Assembly: GCF_006345805.1 (NCBI RefSeq)
Contig: NC_042997.1
Coordinates: 84,692,001-84,756,000 of the forward strand
DNA: 64,000 bases
Reading direction: 5' to 3'
Source of the DNA: Octopus sinensis
Lineage: Eukaryota
The first letter of the stretch is position 1; every line of letters begins with the position of its first letter. Shown here one piece after another: positions 52,301 through 64,000 of this stretch. The notes below the pieces were generated by a model. That model worked only from the letters and a program-made list of their open reading frames with translations, searched no databases and was not told the origin of the DNA. A program made the translations under genes and the position numbers.

Positions 52301-53334
52301 TTAACGTTATTATACATATCATAAGTATCTTTGCATATGTGAGTGTGTCTGCGCGTGCGTATGTCTATGTGTGCCTGTTTGTGTACCCAATAGGAAAGAG
52401 TATCAAACTTAAAAATAAATATTGGATCAATCAATTCGACTAAAGTACTTGAATGTGGTGCACCAGCTTGGCCGCAGTCCAATAACTGGAAGAAGTGAAA
52501 TATAGAAATATATAGGCGCAGGAGTGGCTGTGTGGTAAGAAGCTTAGGATCTAGTTAAACTGATTCGCAAAATCGGCATTTTTTAGAAGGAAGTAAAAAA
52601 TCTGAAAACCGACTATATTAATGTAGCTTTCCATTCTTATTGCTATGAGGGGATGATGTTGTAGAGAAAAAAATTGGAGGAAAATATTAGAGAGGTTTCA
52701 AAATCGATAAAATTATGTATTTTTAACCAGTAGCAAAATAGAAAAACTTCTGCGTTTAGCGATGTCGACTTTAAGGTTGTACCCTGTGAAATTTATAGTT
52801 TAGCGTCTGTGAAATGACCTGTTCGTTGTAGATTTCTAAATAAACAGAAACACCTAATAAAATCAACATGTATCATCTTCCTGTTTCTTTTGCCTCTTCC
52901 TTGTTTTCTATAGTATTTGTTTTTATTATTTATCTTTGATTTGTTATCTTAATATATTTGTCTCCATGAGTTTATTTTATGCGTATTTTAGTATCATGTA
53001 TACCTGTCATGTATTTGTGTACATCATTAATACATAAGTGCATGTAGATGTATGTATTCATACATAAATTTATATGTTCATTTATGCACTCATATGCGTG
53101 TGTGTGTGTGTGTGTATGTGTGTGTAAGTGTGTATGTATGTGTGTGAACATGTGGCATCTGTCTCCAAAACTCCAAACTTGAGTAACGTTTTCATGCTTG
53201 GATTTGTAAACTACGGTAAGAACAACACTGATGAACAAAGAATTTGTCCCAAGGAAAAGAATACCTGTATCATATGTTTTTGCAAGCAGGATTTTAAAAA
53301 ATAATGTCAAATTATATATATACACATGTATTTG

Positions 53335-53548
53335 TGTATCTGTGTTTGATCCCCACCACCATCGCGTGACAACCGATGTTGGTGTGTTTACGTCCCCATA
53401 ACTTAGAGGTTCCGCAAAAGATATCGATAGAAAAAGTACTAGGCTTTCAAAGAATAAGTCCCGGGAACGATTTGTTCGACTAAAGACAGTGCTCCAGCAT
53501 GGCCACAGTCAAATGACTGAAACAAAAAAAAAGAGTAAAAGAGTAAAA
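53335..53548 (+). mobile_element. SINE family B, 3' half
   Basis: CATCGCGTGACAACCGATGTTGGTGTG...CAGTCAAATGACTGAAAC. Confidence 0.88.
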
Positions 53549-54374
53549 ATATTATTTCACATATATGCGTTAGCCTAGTTTTATATCTCACTAAAGTGGG
53601 CTTGTATGCATGATACAAGTTTGTATAAACGCTTGAACTACTCGATTCTGCTTCACTCCTAACGCACGAACAACCTCAGCTTCAAATTTTTCAACGTACT
53701 TTCTATATAATCATTTGATTGTTTACATACCACCCTCTTGTCCTCTCATTAACTTCCCGTCACTGCGAACTACTACGGAATATAGTTGATAATACTTTAT
53801 ATCTTGCCAATGCCGGGAAATTTGGCTAACTGACCTCTCCATATTTCCCGACATAGGTCTAAATTTACATAAAACTCTTATAGTTAGTTCTATGTGCTGC
53901 AATATTCTCAACTAAGAGGGTTTGTTTTTTTTTCTTCCTTGTTTGGGTGTTATCTATGATGTGTTTTGCTTTTTTTTTACTTTCTTTACAAATTTTCGGC
54001 ATGAAGTATTTTTCCTGATGACATGTGGTAGAGAAGAAACGAAGAACACTTTGTTGAAAAACAAGTTCAATGAATAATTTATATAACTCTGCATCGAGTA
54101 CTTAATTAGCTGTTTAGCTTTTTTTATATAAAAAAAACTAAGTGTCCATCGAATTGTTAATGCTAATAACACACGATAATTCACAGACCATTTTTGTGGG
54201 GTCATGGTGGGTTTAGATAATATATCGATCCTAAAACTTCACAAATTGTTACTCCTTGATTCTCACAGACGACTTCGGAATATTTATGCATGTATACATA
54301 CATACATACATACATACATACATACATACATACATACATACATACATACATACATACATACATACATACATACA

Positions 54375-54761
54375 TTTATGGCTGCCCCCTCGTTATCGAG
54401 TATGGCCATTGCATAAAGCTTAACAGTTACTGGTGCTGTGATCGAATGTGACTTTTTAGCCCAGCTAAAGATCTACAATGTCTTGTACAAAATTGGCAAC
54501 TAAAACCTTTACTGGTAATAGCCGGCTGTAGTTTAACTGGGCTTCATGTACCTTTGTATGTCATTTAAGTCCTCCTGCCGAATTACACTCTCTTCCACAT
54601 ACCCGACAGATATGATTAGTATGGTGTGTTACACCACCACCAGTGGCCAGGTTGTCACTCATCTGTCTCGTTTTATGACTACGAAGATGACTCATGAGTC
54701 CAGCTTTACTGAGGCAGGGTCTTGCACAGACGTTGCATGTCAGAATCAAAGGAAGACCCTT
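54375..54761 (-). mobile_element. 3' end of an RTE-like LINE encoding three C2H2-type zinc fingers (decayed)
   Basis: CNVCARPCLSKAGLMSHLRSH; CRVCGRECNSAGGLK*HTKVH; after a frameshift CQFCTRHCRSLAGLKSHIRSQH*; short UTR then (TATG)n. Confidence 0.7.
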
Positions 54762-54925
54762 ACATACATACATGCATGCATGCATGCATACGTACAGACA
54801 TACAATCATACAAATGTACATACACAAATACTTACACACATACATATACGTATGGATGTACACATGTGTATGTATAAATTGAATACACAGACAAGGAGAT
54901 AATAAACAGATAAAGTGGATAGATA

Positions 54926-54996
<71 letters not shown>

Positions 54997-55086
54997 TGAG
55001 GCATACATATAAATCCACGCATTTATATATTGTTATATACCCTTGCTTAACGGACTATTTGCCGGGACAATATATGAAAGATATAT

Positions 55087-55265
55087 AAGGCGGCAAACTG
55101 GCAAAATAGTTAGCACGCCGTCTTTTATGTTCTGAGTTCAAATTCCGCCGTGGTCAGCTTTCTCCCTTCCGGGGTTAGTATTATAAGTATTAGCTGCACA
55201 ATAAGGTCAATGTAATTGACTTAACAACTCCCCCTAAATTGCTGGCCTTGTGCCAAAATTTGAGA
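55087..55265 (+). mobile_element. SINE family A, internally deleted
   Basis: AAGGCGGCAAACTGGC...CTGAGTTCAAATTCCGCCGTGGTC. Confidence 0.85.
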
Positions 55266-55339
55266 CAATTATATGAGGAATGGATCAATAAGGTGTGAAG
55301 GTGTGTGTATAGATATTTTGCGTGTGTTTATTTGCATTA

Positions 55340-55745
55340 TATATATATATGTTGTTATTGTTTGTTCCTTCTCGAGCCACGGCTGGCTCATAAGAGATGG
55401 TTTCCTGGTTTCCTTGGCGTATAGGTTCCCCACCTGGACGGGGCGCCGATCCGTCGCAGGTGAGGAAAGAGTGAGAGAAAGTTGTGGCGAAAGAGCCTTC
55501 AGAAGTTCGGCATGACTTTTCCTCTCTTCTACGTTCACTCAACTGGTAAAAAATTAGTGGTGCCAGCATATCAGGGACCAACCTTGTCACAGACTGTCAT
55601 GATAAATCTTGCTGAAAATTACGCTTAAGGGGTACGCATATCTGTGGGGTACTCAACCACTTCCACTTTAATTTCCTGAGCAGACTGTTGTTCCTTCGAA
55701 GCTATCAACTGGAGCACTCATCATTATAACCGACGGAGTACCAGT
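55340..55745. mobile_element. Composite of interspersed-repeat fragments; 55570-55745 resembles the SINE family C tail
   Basis: GC-rich CCTGGACGGGGCGCCGATCCGTCGCAGG motif; tail ACCGACGGAGT similar to the reverse complement of 16400-16440. Confidence 0.45.
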
Positions 55746-56177
55746 TATATGTACATGTGTGTGTGTGTGTGTGAGTGTGTGTGTTTATAGTCAAAGTATA
55801 CGCTATTTTCCACTTTTTATTTCTTTTTACACAATTTTAGTTCATTCATGGTTTAGTTTCTTTCTTTTTGTTTTTTAACTTTCTGCGAGAACCGTTTTTT
55901 CCCAATCATGAAGCTTTCCCTGGTCCTGAAATTATCCACTTAAATATACAAACACAAACGTATACGCACGCGCATATAGTCACACAAATTTACACACAAA
56001 TGAACACACACGCACGTATACACACACACAAGCTCACACATTAACATACATGCACACACAGGCATATACATTCACGTACATGAATGAAAATGCATGTGAG
56101 ACTGGCATTACAATAGCCTTCAGGCTATAGCAAGTAGCGTTTACATAGGATATTATAACGGACTCGTTAATTACGGG

Positions 56178-56258
<81 letters not shown>

Positions 56259-56266
56259 TCTATCTG

Positions 56267-56344
<78 letters not shown>

Positions 56345-56527
56345 AATCTATTTATAACGGTATGTTTGCATACATACAAACGTAAAAACGCTCTTATAAA
56401 TATACTTGTATTCAAATGGATATATATGTGTGTGTGTGTGTGTACGTAAATGTATGAATATATATATATATATATATATATGCATACACACACACACACA
56501 CATATATATATATATGCATACATTTAT

Positions 56528-56570
<43 letters not shown>

Positions 56571-56759
56571 AACACACACATACACACATGAACATACGCA
56601 CGTATACACACGCAGACATACATATGAATATGCTCGGAAAAGTATGTGCTTGCGTGTAAAGCGTGAGGTGAGGGTACAAATGAAAATGTCTGGTAATTGT
56701 GTTGTTATATCTGTCGTTGTTTTAGTTTTTTTTTGGTGTTGTTGTTATCGGCAGTGCCC

Positions 56760-57136
56760 GTGGCAGTGATGCCGATGGCAGCGGTGACAGTGATGGCAGT
56801 GGTAGTATCAGTGATGGTGGTAGTGATTGTAGAGTTAGAAGCAGAAAGAAAGCCAACTCAGACATAGTGGAGCCCCAAATACGACTGAAAGCAAAGGTTG
56901 TGATGTGTCAGGGAAAATGAAGTATTGGATGATTTAACTGTATTCGTAGTACCAAATATCGTGGTGTTGTTGCTGTTGAAGGTGGTTGTGGTAGTGGTGT
57001 TGGTGTTCACGGTGGTGGTGACTGTGGTGTTGGTGTTGTTGTTGGTAGTGATGTTTGTAGTAGCAGCAGCAAACGTGGCGGGGTGTTTAGTAGTAGTAGT
57101 AGTAGTTGTTGTTGTTGTAGTAGTAGCAGTAGTAGT

Positions 57137-57178
<42 letters not shown>

Positions 57179-57225
57179 CAACAGCAGCAGCAGCAGTGAT
57201 ATCATCAGCAGCAACATTACCTACA
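56760..57225. repeat. Compound GTG/GTT/AGT/GCA low-complexity tract
   Basis: Direct reading. Confidence 0.9.
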
Positions 57226-57334
57226 AGGCCGCAATCCAATGAATGAAACAAATAAGTGTGTCTGTGTATGTGTGTGCATGAATGCATACATAAATACATA
57301 CACACATATATGTGAGTGTGTGTGTGTCTATGTG

Positions 57335-57890
57335 TTCTCTTTCTCTTTTTAATTTAGAATGAAATTTGACCGTCCACCACCTACTTGATAGCAAGGCTGG
57401 GAAGGAAAGCACCTTGTTTAGTTCATCATCCTTTAAATCTTAAAAAGGTTTTGCAGATTTTTATAGATTCAAATATCGTGATAATTTGTAGCGTATGAAT
57501 TAAGGATTTTCATTCTCTCCCCAAGACCCCAAGTTCAGCCATTCTTTGCTTCAGACGGGTTGCTATATATCCTGTTGCTCCAATAACAATATGTATAAAG
57601 CTGAACGTATTTTGGGTGCTGGATTTGCAAACTCCTTATGAATGATCCATAGATGTTCTCTTTCTCTTATATTTTTCTCCACACATTGATGTCCAGAGGG
57701 CAACTGATTTCCACAACAAAACATATCTTTTCTTTTGTGTCCCACATAGCAATATCTGTCCGGTTGTGTTCTAGCGCGGCTGCTGTTTTAATTTTTAAGT
57801 TATACCAATATTCTTTTCACCCATTGGTCTCAATGTTGTCAACTTCGTCTGCAGACTCTTTCGTTTTTGTTATCCAGTTCCATCTCTGAA
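57335..57890 (-). mobile_element. 3' fragment of an R4-clade-like RLE non-LTR element (same family as 40810-41935)
   Basis: EYWYNLKIKT...EHNRTDIAMWDTKEKICFVVEISCPLDINV...EKENIYGSFIRSLQI. Confidence 0.8.
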
Positions 57891-57990
57891 TGTATACCTA
57901 TGTATACCAAACAAACAAAATATATAAATACACACACACACACACATTTATATACATACATTCACGCATGCATGTATATATGTATGTATG

Positions 57991-58024
<34 letters not shown>

Positions 58025-58334
58025 TGTATGTATGTATGTATGTATGTATGTATGTATGTAGAAGTCTGTATGTATGAGTCGATGGTGAGTTGATGTAGAG
58101 TTGATGTTTTCAAAACTACAATTTCTCGTAGTTCGCCTGATGATGTAAAATCTACGTTTGTTTTTGTTTAAGAAAATGTTAATCTTGATCGAGCACTCAT
58201 GATCAAAATATATTCCAATCGGTTTTGAACAAAGGTATCTGAATTACCGAACATGTTTTTCCTTTTCTAAAGCTATAGACTAAGATTTGAGGAAGACTTG
58301 CTATTATTTCCAGCAGATCGATCGAACATCTAGA

Positions 58335-58590
58335 GCAATGGTCCTGAAAAGTTTTTTTTTTTTTTTTACCTATGAACCTCTTTGATTTCTGTTTTACTTT
58401 CTCGAACACTCCATAACCATTCGATGTTTAAAAGATATCTCGTATTGTTATTATTAGACGTTATTAGGAATCGTATTAAAACAAAAACGTCAAAATATTG
58501 TGTATTTTAGAAGTATAACAAGTTTTAAGGGCAAAATCTTATATGAACCCTCAAGGGTCTTATGGACCCTGGTAGAAAATCACTAACCTA
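58335..58590. mobile_element. Possible degenerate hAT (Charlie-like) MITE
   Basis: CTAGAG|CAATGGTCCTGAAA on the left, AAAATCACTAA|CCTAGA on the right; both flanks contain CTAGA. Confidence 0.35.
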
Positions 58591-59509
58591 GAATTTTCCT
58601 CGTTTGCTTATCTATTGTTGCTGTTGTCGTTGTTGTTTAATCCCAGGTTTGGCAGAACACAGTTCAGACATTCCAACCGTTTCTGTATCCTCAAAAATGA
58701 AGTATCCAGGACTACACCATTCAGTGTGGACGTCGCGTCTTTTGTAGTTGTGTGTGTATGAGGGGTAGTGGTCGTGGTAGTGGTTGTAGTAGTGGCTCAT
58801 GTGATGACAGTGGGAGTGAGTTTGCAGTTATTGTTGTTATTGCTGTTCTTTACCATCACCCCAACCCACACACACCCTTCCATCTGGTTTAGTTGAAGAA
58901 GAACTGGAAATCAAAGAATTTCGCTTCGGGGAATAGCATTACCATATTTCAAGAAACGAGTAATTAAAGCGTTATCTGTGATGATAAATGCATCAGCTTT
59001 GTTTTTTGTTTGTTTTCATTTAAGCTATGCGTAGATGTGCGTCTGTATGAACCATAAGTTATCCCTGATTCAGAGTCGTTTGGCCCGCAGGTAGTTTTTA
59101 AGCCTAAAGTGAATCCTTATCCAGCAGTCTTATAGTATTATGTTTTTCTGTAGCCCCAGGACAAACCTATGACTCTGAGGTAATCGACCGAATGATGTGG
59201 CGGCAGATATATCTTCCCAGTCATACAATGTCCCCACCTAAGTGAGGGAGATACTGCAACCTAGCATGCATTGATTAATTATTTAGAGCAGCAGCCTCCG
59301 ACCCCGGGTCGCACAGCAAGGATAAATTTTAAAATTCTATTTCTATTTTATTGACTGTTGCAATCTGCAGGGTTTGTTGACTGTATGTATGTATGTATGT
59401 ATGTATGCATGTATGTATGTATGTATGCATGTATGTATGTATGTATGTATGTATGCGTGTATGTATGTTTGTATGTATGTATGTATGTATGTATGTATGT
59501 ATGTATGTA

Positions 59510-59912
59510 TTCTTTATTCTATTACTTGTTTCAGTCATTCGACTGTAGCCATGCTGGAGCTTCGCCTTGAAGTGTTTTAGTCAAACAAATCGACACCAGG
59601 ACTTATTTCCTAAACTTAGTACTTATTCTATCGGTCGCTTTTGCCGAACCGTTAGTTACGGGGGACATAAATGCACCAACACCGGTTGTCAAGTGGTGAC
59701 GGAGGTGGGGGGGAAATAGATACAAAGACACACACATCACATCACACACACCCACGCACACATACGACCGTTTTCTTTCATTTTCCCCATCTACCAAATC
59801 CTCTCAGAAGGCTTTGGTCGGCCCGAGGCTACAGTAGAAGGGATTTGTCCAAGGTGCCACGCAGTGGAACTGAACCTGGAACCATGTGGTTGGGAAGCAA
59901 GCTTATTACCCC
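59510..59912 (-). mobile_element. SINE family B, near full length
   Basis: Reverse complement of the 60505 copy. Confidence 0.92.
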
Positions 59913-60504
59913 CCACACACACATACACACATATGTACTATATATGTAATAATTAAATTATATATGATGCGCTTTATTGGGTTTTGTTATGTTGCCAGGA
60001 AAATTGTTTTGAAAGAAACTAGTTACCAATGCCCAAACGGTTTGGGACCACTGAAACAGAGTACAGGGTTACAGTTTGGACATGTTGAAGCATTTCCATT
60101 TTTTTATCTATCTCTGTACATCTGTAAATCTTGAGGGTGAATACAACGGAGGCAGGAAGAGTGAGATCGGTCAGAGCGCTAGTTTGCTTTGCCCTTGTGC
60201 TTATTGTTAGTGGAGGACATCACGGCGATTTTTGCACAGTGAGGCTATTGATAATATAGTTACGTCTGTAGGTATGTGTTTCTGGTGCTTAAACTCAGTG
60301 AATAGAGTAGTATTTTAAAAATGCCCTTGTAGTAATACCCTGGAGGTACTGTATATATGTTTGAGTACTTGAAGGCATTCTTACTAGGTTTGTTATTACA
60401 GTCGTTATTATTGTTGGTTAGATTTTATTCTGAACCGACTGGAGACAACTATGATTAAAGACAAACCACTCTAGGCATGACATTCTTATCTTTTTTTTCA
60501 GCTA

Positions 60505-60917
60505 GGCGCAGGAGTGGCTGTGTAGTAAGTAGCTTGCTTACCAACCACATGGTTCCGGGTTCAGTCCCACTGCGTGGCACCTTGGGCAAGTGTCTTCTAC
60601 TATAGCCTCGGGTCGACCAAAGCCTTGTGAGTGGATTTGTTAGACGGAAACTAAAAGAAGTCTGTCGTATATATATATATGTATATGTGTGTGTGTATAT
60701 GTTGTGTATCTGTGTGCCCCCCCCCGCCAGCATCGCTTGACAACCGATGCTGGTGTGTTTACATCCCCGTAACTTAGCGGTTCGGCAAAAGCAAACTATA
60801 GAATAAGTACTAGGCTTACAAAGAATAAGTCCTAGGGTCGATTTGATTCGACTAAAGGCAATGCTCCAGCATGGCCGCAGTCAAATGACTGAAACAAGTA
60901 AAATAATAAAAGAATAG
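60505..60917 (+). mobile_element. SINE family B, full length (tRNA head, CORE-like CCTTGGGCAAGTG domain, internal microsatellite, 3' tail)
   Basis: GGCGCAGGAGTGGCTGTGTAGTAAG...GGGTTCAGTCCC...GCATGGCCGCAGTCAAATGACTGAAACAAG; the OR2-like name is tentative. Confidence 0.93.
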
Positions 60918-61007
60918 TGTATCCTAGAAATATATTATCCATTGTAAATTTTGCATCGAAGGCAATAAACCCTGTAGGGACTTTTTTGCTGGTTAATATT
61001 ATTTATT

Positions 61008-61220
61008 AAGGCGGCAAACTGACAGGATTATTAGCATGCCGGAAGAAAATTGCCTAGTGGCATTTCTTCCGCCTTTACGTTCTGCGTTCAAGTTCCACCG
61101 ATGTTAACTTTGTCTTTCAGCCTTTCGTGATGGATTAAATAAGTACCAGTTGAGCCTTGGGATCAATGAAATCCAATAACGCCCTCCCTCAAAGTTCCAG
61201 GCCTTCAGCCTACGGCAGAA
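61008..61220 (+). mobile_element. SINE family A, diverged
   Basis: AAGGCGGCAAACTGAC...GTTCAAGTTCCACC...AAATAAGTACCAGTTGAGC. Confidence 0.82.
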
Positions 61221-61641
61221 AAAGACATATTGTCGTATTCGAGATGCTGTTGGTCGTCGTGGTAACAATGGTAAAAATTATGTTGTTGATGGTGGAGGTG
61301 GTGGTAGACGTAGTGATTGCCGTGGTAGGGAATGTGGTACTTGGTCTTTGTGATGATAGTGGGGGTTAGCGGTGCTGCTGTTGTTTAGCCCCCAGTTTGG
61401 TTTGGTATGAGGTGGTCTACAAATCAAAGAAATTAGCTTCAGGCAAAAAGCCTTAACATGTTTCAAGAAGCATGTATTAATGGCGTTGTCTGATATGATA
61501 AATATATCAATTTGCTTAGAATAGTCATGGGTAGGTGAGGGTCTGTAAGAGAGAGAGAAAGAGAGAAAGAGTGTGCGTGTGTGTGTGTGCGCGTGTGCAT
61601 GTATATGAAAAAAGAAATGAATTGGAGGTAAGAGCAGGCGA

Positions 61642-61681
<40 letters not shown>

Positions 61682-62209
61682 AATCCATATATACAGAGAG
61701 ATAGAGAAGGAGAAATAAAAAAGAAAGGAAGAAAGATAATAAATAGACGAAATTATATACAATGGCTGATTAGAGTATGATGCATTGTGTAAATACAACA
61801 GAGATGATACACTTGTTAAAGTATAAAACACAGAACACAAAAACATCAAGTATACAAAAATTGAAAGAAAACACGGAATATATATATATGTATATATACA
61901 TACAAACATACACACATACATACATGTATATACATATATATATATATAGAATCTAAGATAGAAAATTGGAAAATAATGACGGTAAAAAGAACATTAATAA
62001 TATTCCTTCAGTTACGTTGAACATCAAAGTTTTCTTCTGTATTGTCCAACATCATTTCTTCCTTTCAGTTAAACGTATGCATTTTCATTCTCTCTCTCTC
62101 TCACTCATTCACTCATTTTCTCTCTTCTCCTCACTCTCTCTCACTCTCGCACTCTCTTACACACTCTCCCTCTGTCTCAGTATATAATAAGCACGTATGT
62201 ATATGTGTG

Positions 62210-62288
<79 letters not shown>

Positions 62289-62293
62289 CTCTA

Positions 62294-62328
<35 letters not shown>

Positions 62329-62579
62329 GGGTGTCTGCGTGAATATATGTGTATGCGGTTGATTTATTTTTACATATTTATGGGTTCAATAAATTTTATA
62401 ACAACACTGTTTTCCAATGATCCCCAGGATGTCCATTTCCCAAAGTGATAGGCGAATCGAAAATAAATTGGTTTGCATTTAGAGTGTATTCTTTTACATA
62501 CACATGCACGCACGCACACACACAAACACACACACACACGCACACACACATATATGTATATACATGCATACATATATAC

Positions 62580-62610
<31 letters not shown>

Positions 62611-63122
62611 TGTATATATATTTGCATAATTACAATTATTTACCTTTCTCTGTAGACTTCTGTAATTTTTGCGTTTTCATTTTATTTTTTGTCATGTGCA
62701 CGAGCGAACTGGTGTCATTTCCGTGCAAACACATAATACTGTTCACAAATATCCAAATATGTGTGTGAGTGCATGAGTGTGTGTTTGTGTGTGTGTGTGC
62801 GTGCATGCAGTACGTTGGGATATATATAAAAAACATATATATCAAGCATCCCCACCGTATCTATCCTATTTTATTTGGTATATCAACTACATGTATATGT
62901 ATATATATATATATATATTAGGAGTAATGGTTCTCGAAACGCACGCATAAATGTGGCTCGTCGAATGTCTTTCTATCCAAAGGGGTTTTTAGCTCAACAT
63001 TTACATGCTATTAATTATAGCTCAATATGTGTGTCGGGAGACATTGCTCTCAAAACGAATTATTTCACGTTCTCTCCTCCCGAAAGTTTATAAAATTCTT
63101 GTAAAATTTCTCTCTTTCTCTT

Positions 63123-63163
<41 letters not shown>

Positions 63164-63333
63164 ATATATATTATATATATATATTATATAGTGATAATTC
63201 ATTTTATACTTTTTGACATCTAGTTATATGTTGATAAAAGTACATATTATTTGTTATTTATGCTTCGGTTTATGTCTATCACTATTTGAGTCGCATAATA
63301 GTGGTTTTATCTCTAATTATAATAATATATATA

Positions 63334-63390
<57 letters not shown>

Positions 63391-63435
63391 GTATGTATGC
63401 ATGTATGTATGTATGTATATATATATGTATGTATA

Positions 63436-63529
<94 letters not shown>

Positions 63530-64000
63530 TGAGAGAGAGTGAGAGAGAGAGAGACAGAGAAAGGTAAATTATTTGAATTTAATTTGCTGTGCTGAAATTA
63601 ACACTGACAATTGCTAATTATTTCTATGCGCATGAGAAATGCAGTTCCCTAGACCACCGTACAAGAATGAACTTCAAAATAATGAAAACAAATAATATTA
63701 ACGAAATACGTCACAAGCTTGTTTCTTTGTTTATTGCGTTTGTTTCCTTAGCAGTTAATTTATTCCAACATAGAAACCAGACGAACTTTTAGATTTTCAA
63801 GCAAAGAATTTATGAGTGCTGATTTCAGTCGCCCACATTAAATGTTATATGTACATGCATACATGCAAGCACCTCAGATACATATGTATATTCACACTGA
63901 CATGTATTCATAAACTACTATAATAAAACTGTATAATTAAGAAAATAGAAAATCATTTCAACACAGAATCAGTAATAATCCTGTGAAAATACATTATATA

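Noticed and set aside
54015-54040. CTGATGA...GAAAC hammerhead spacing
   Set aside because: No stem II or stem I pairing

Overview
AT-rich, microsatellite-dense eukaryotic DNA, probably intronic or intergenic. The SINE families present point to a coleoid cephalopod, most likely Octopus (inference). I could not identify a host gene; only isolated candidate exons are offered, at low confidence. Nearly all long ORFs in the supplied track are microsatellite translations. Recognisable content: two abundant tRNA-derived SINE families, three decayed R4/Dong-type (RLE) non-LTR fragments, several RTE LINE fragments (one ending in three C2H2 fingers), an Academ-like transposase relic, fold-back MITEs and a 100-N gap. 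The most unusual signal is a set of minimal type I hammerhead-ribozyme motifs in three unrelated repeat families. The lead candidate is a 2.44-kb insertion (35989-38426) with a 12-bp target-site duplication, hammerhead-bearing terminal repeats in a Penelope/retrozyme-like inverted and permuted arrangement, and a single decayed Gag/LINE-ORF1-like zinc-knuckle ORF with no RT. All family assignments are from motif recognition by eye; no database search was run.
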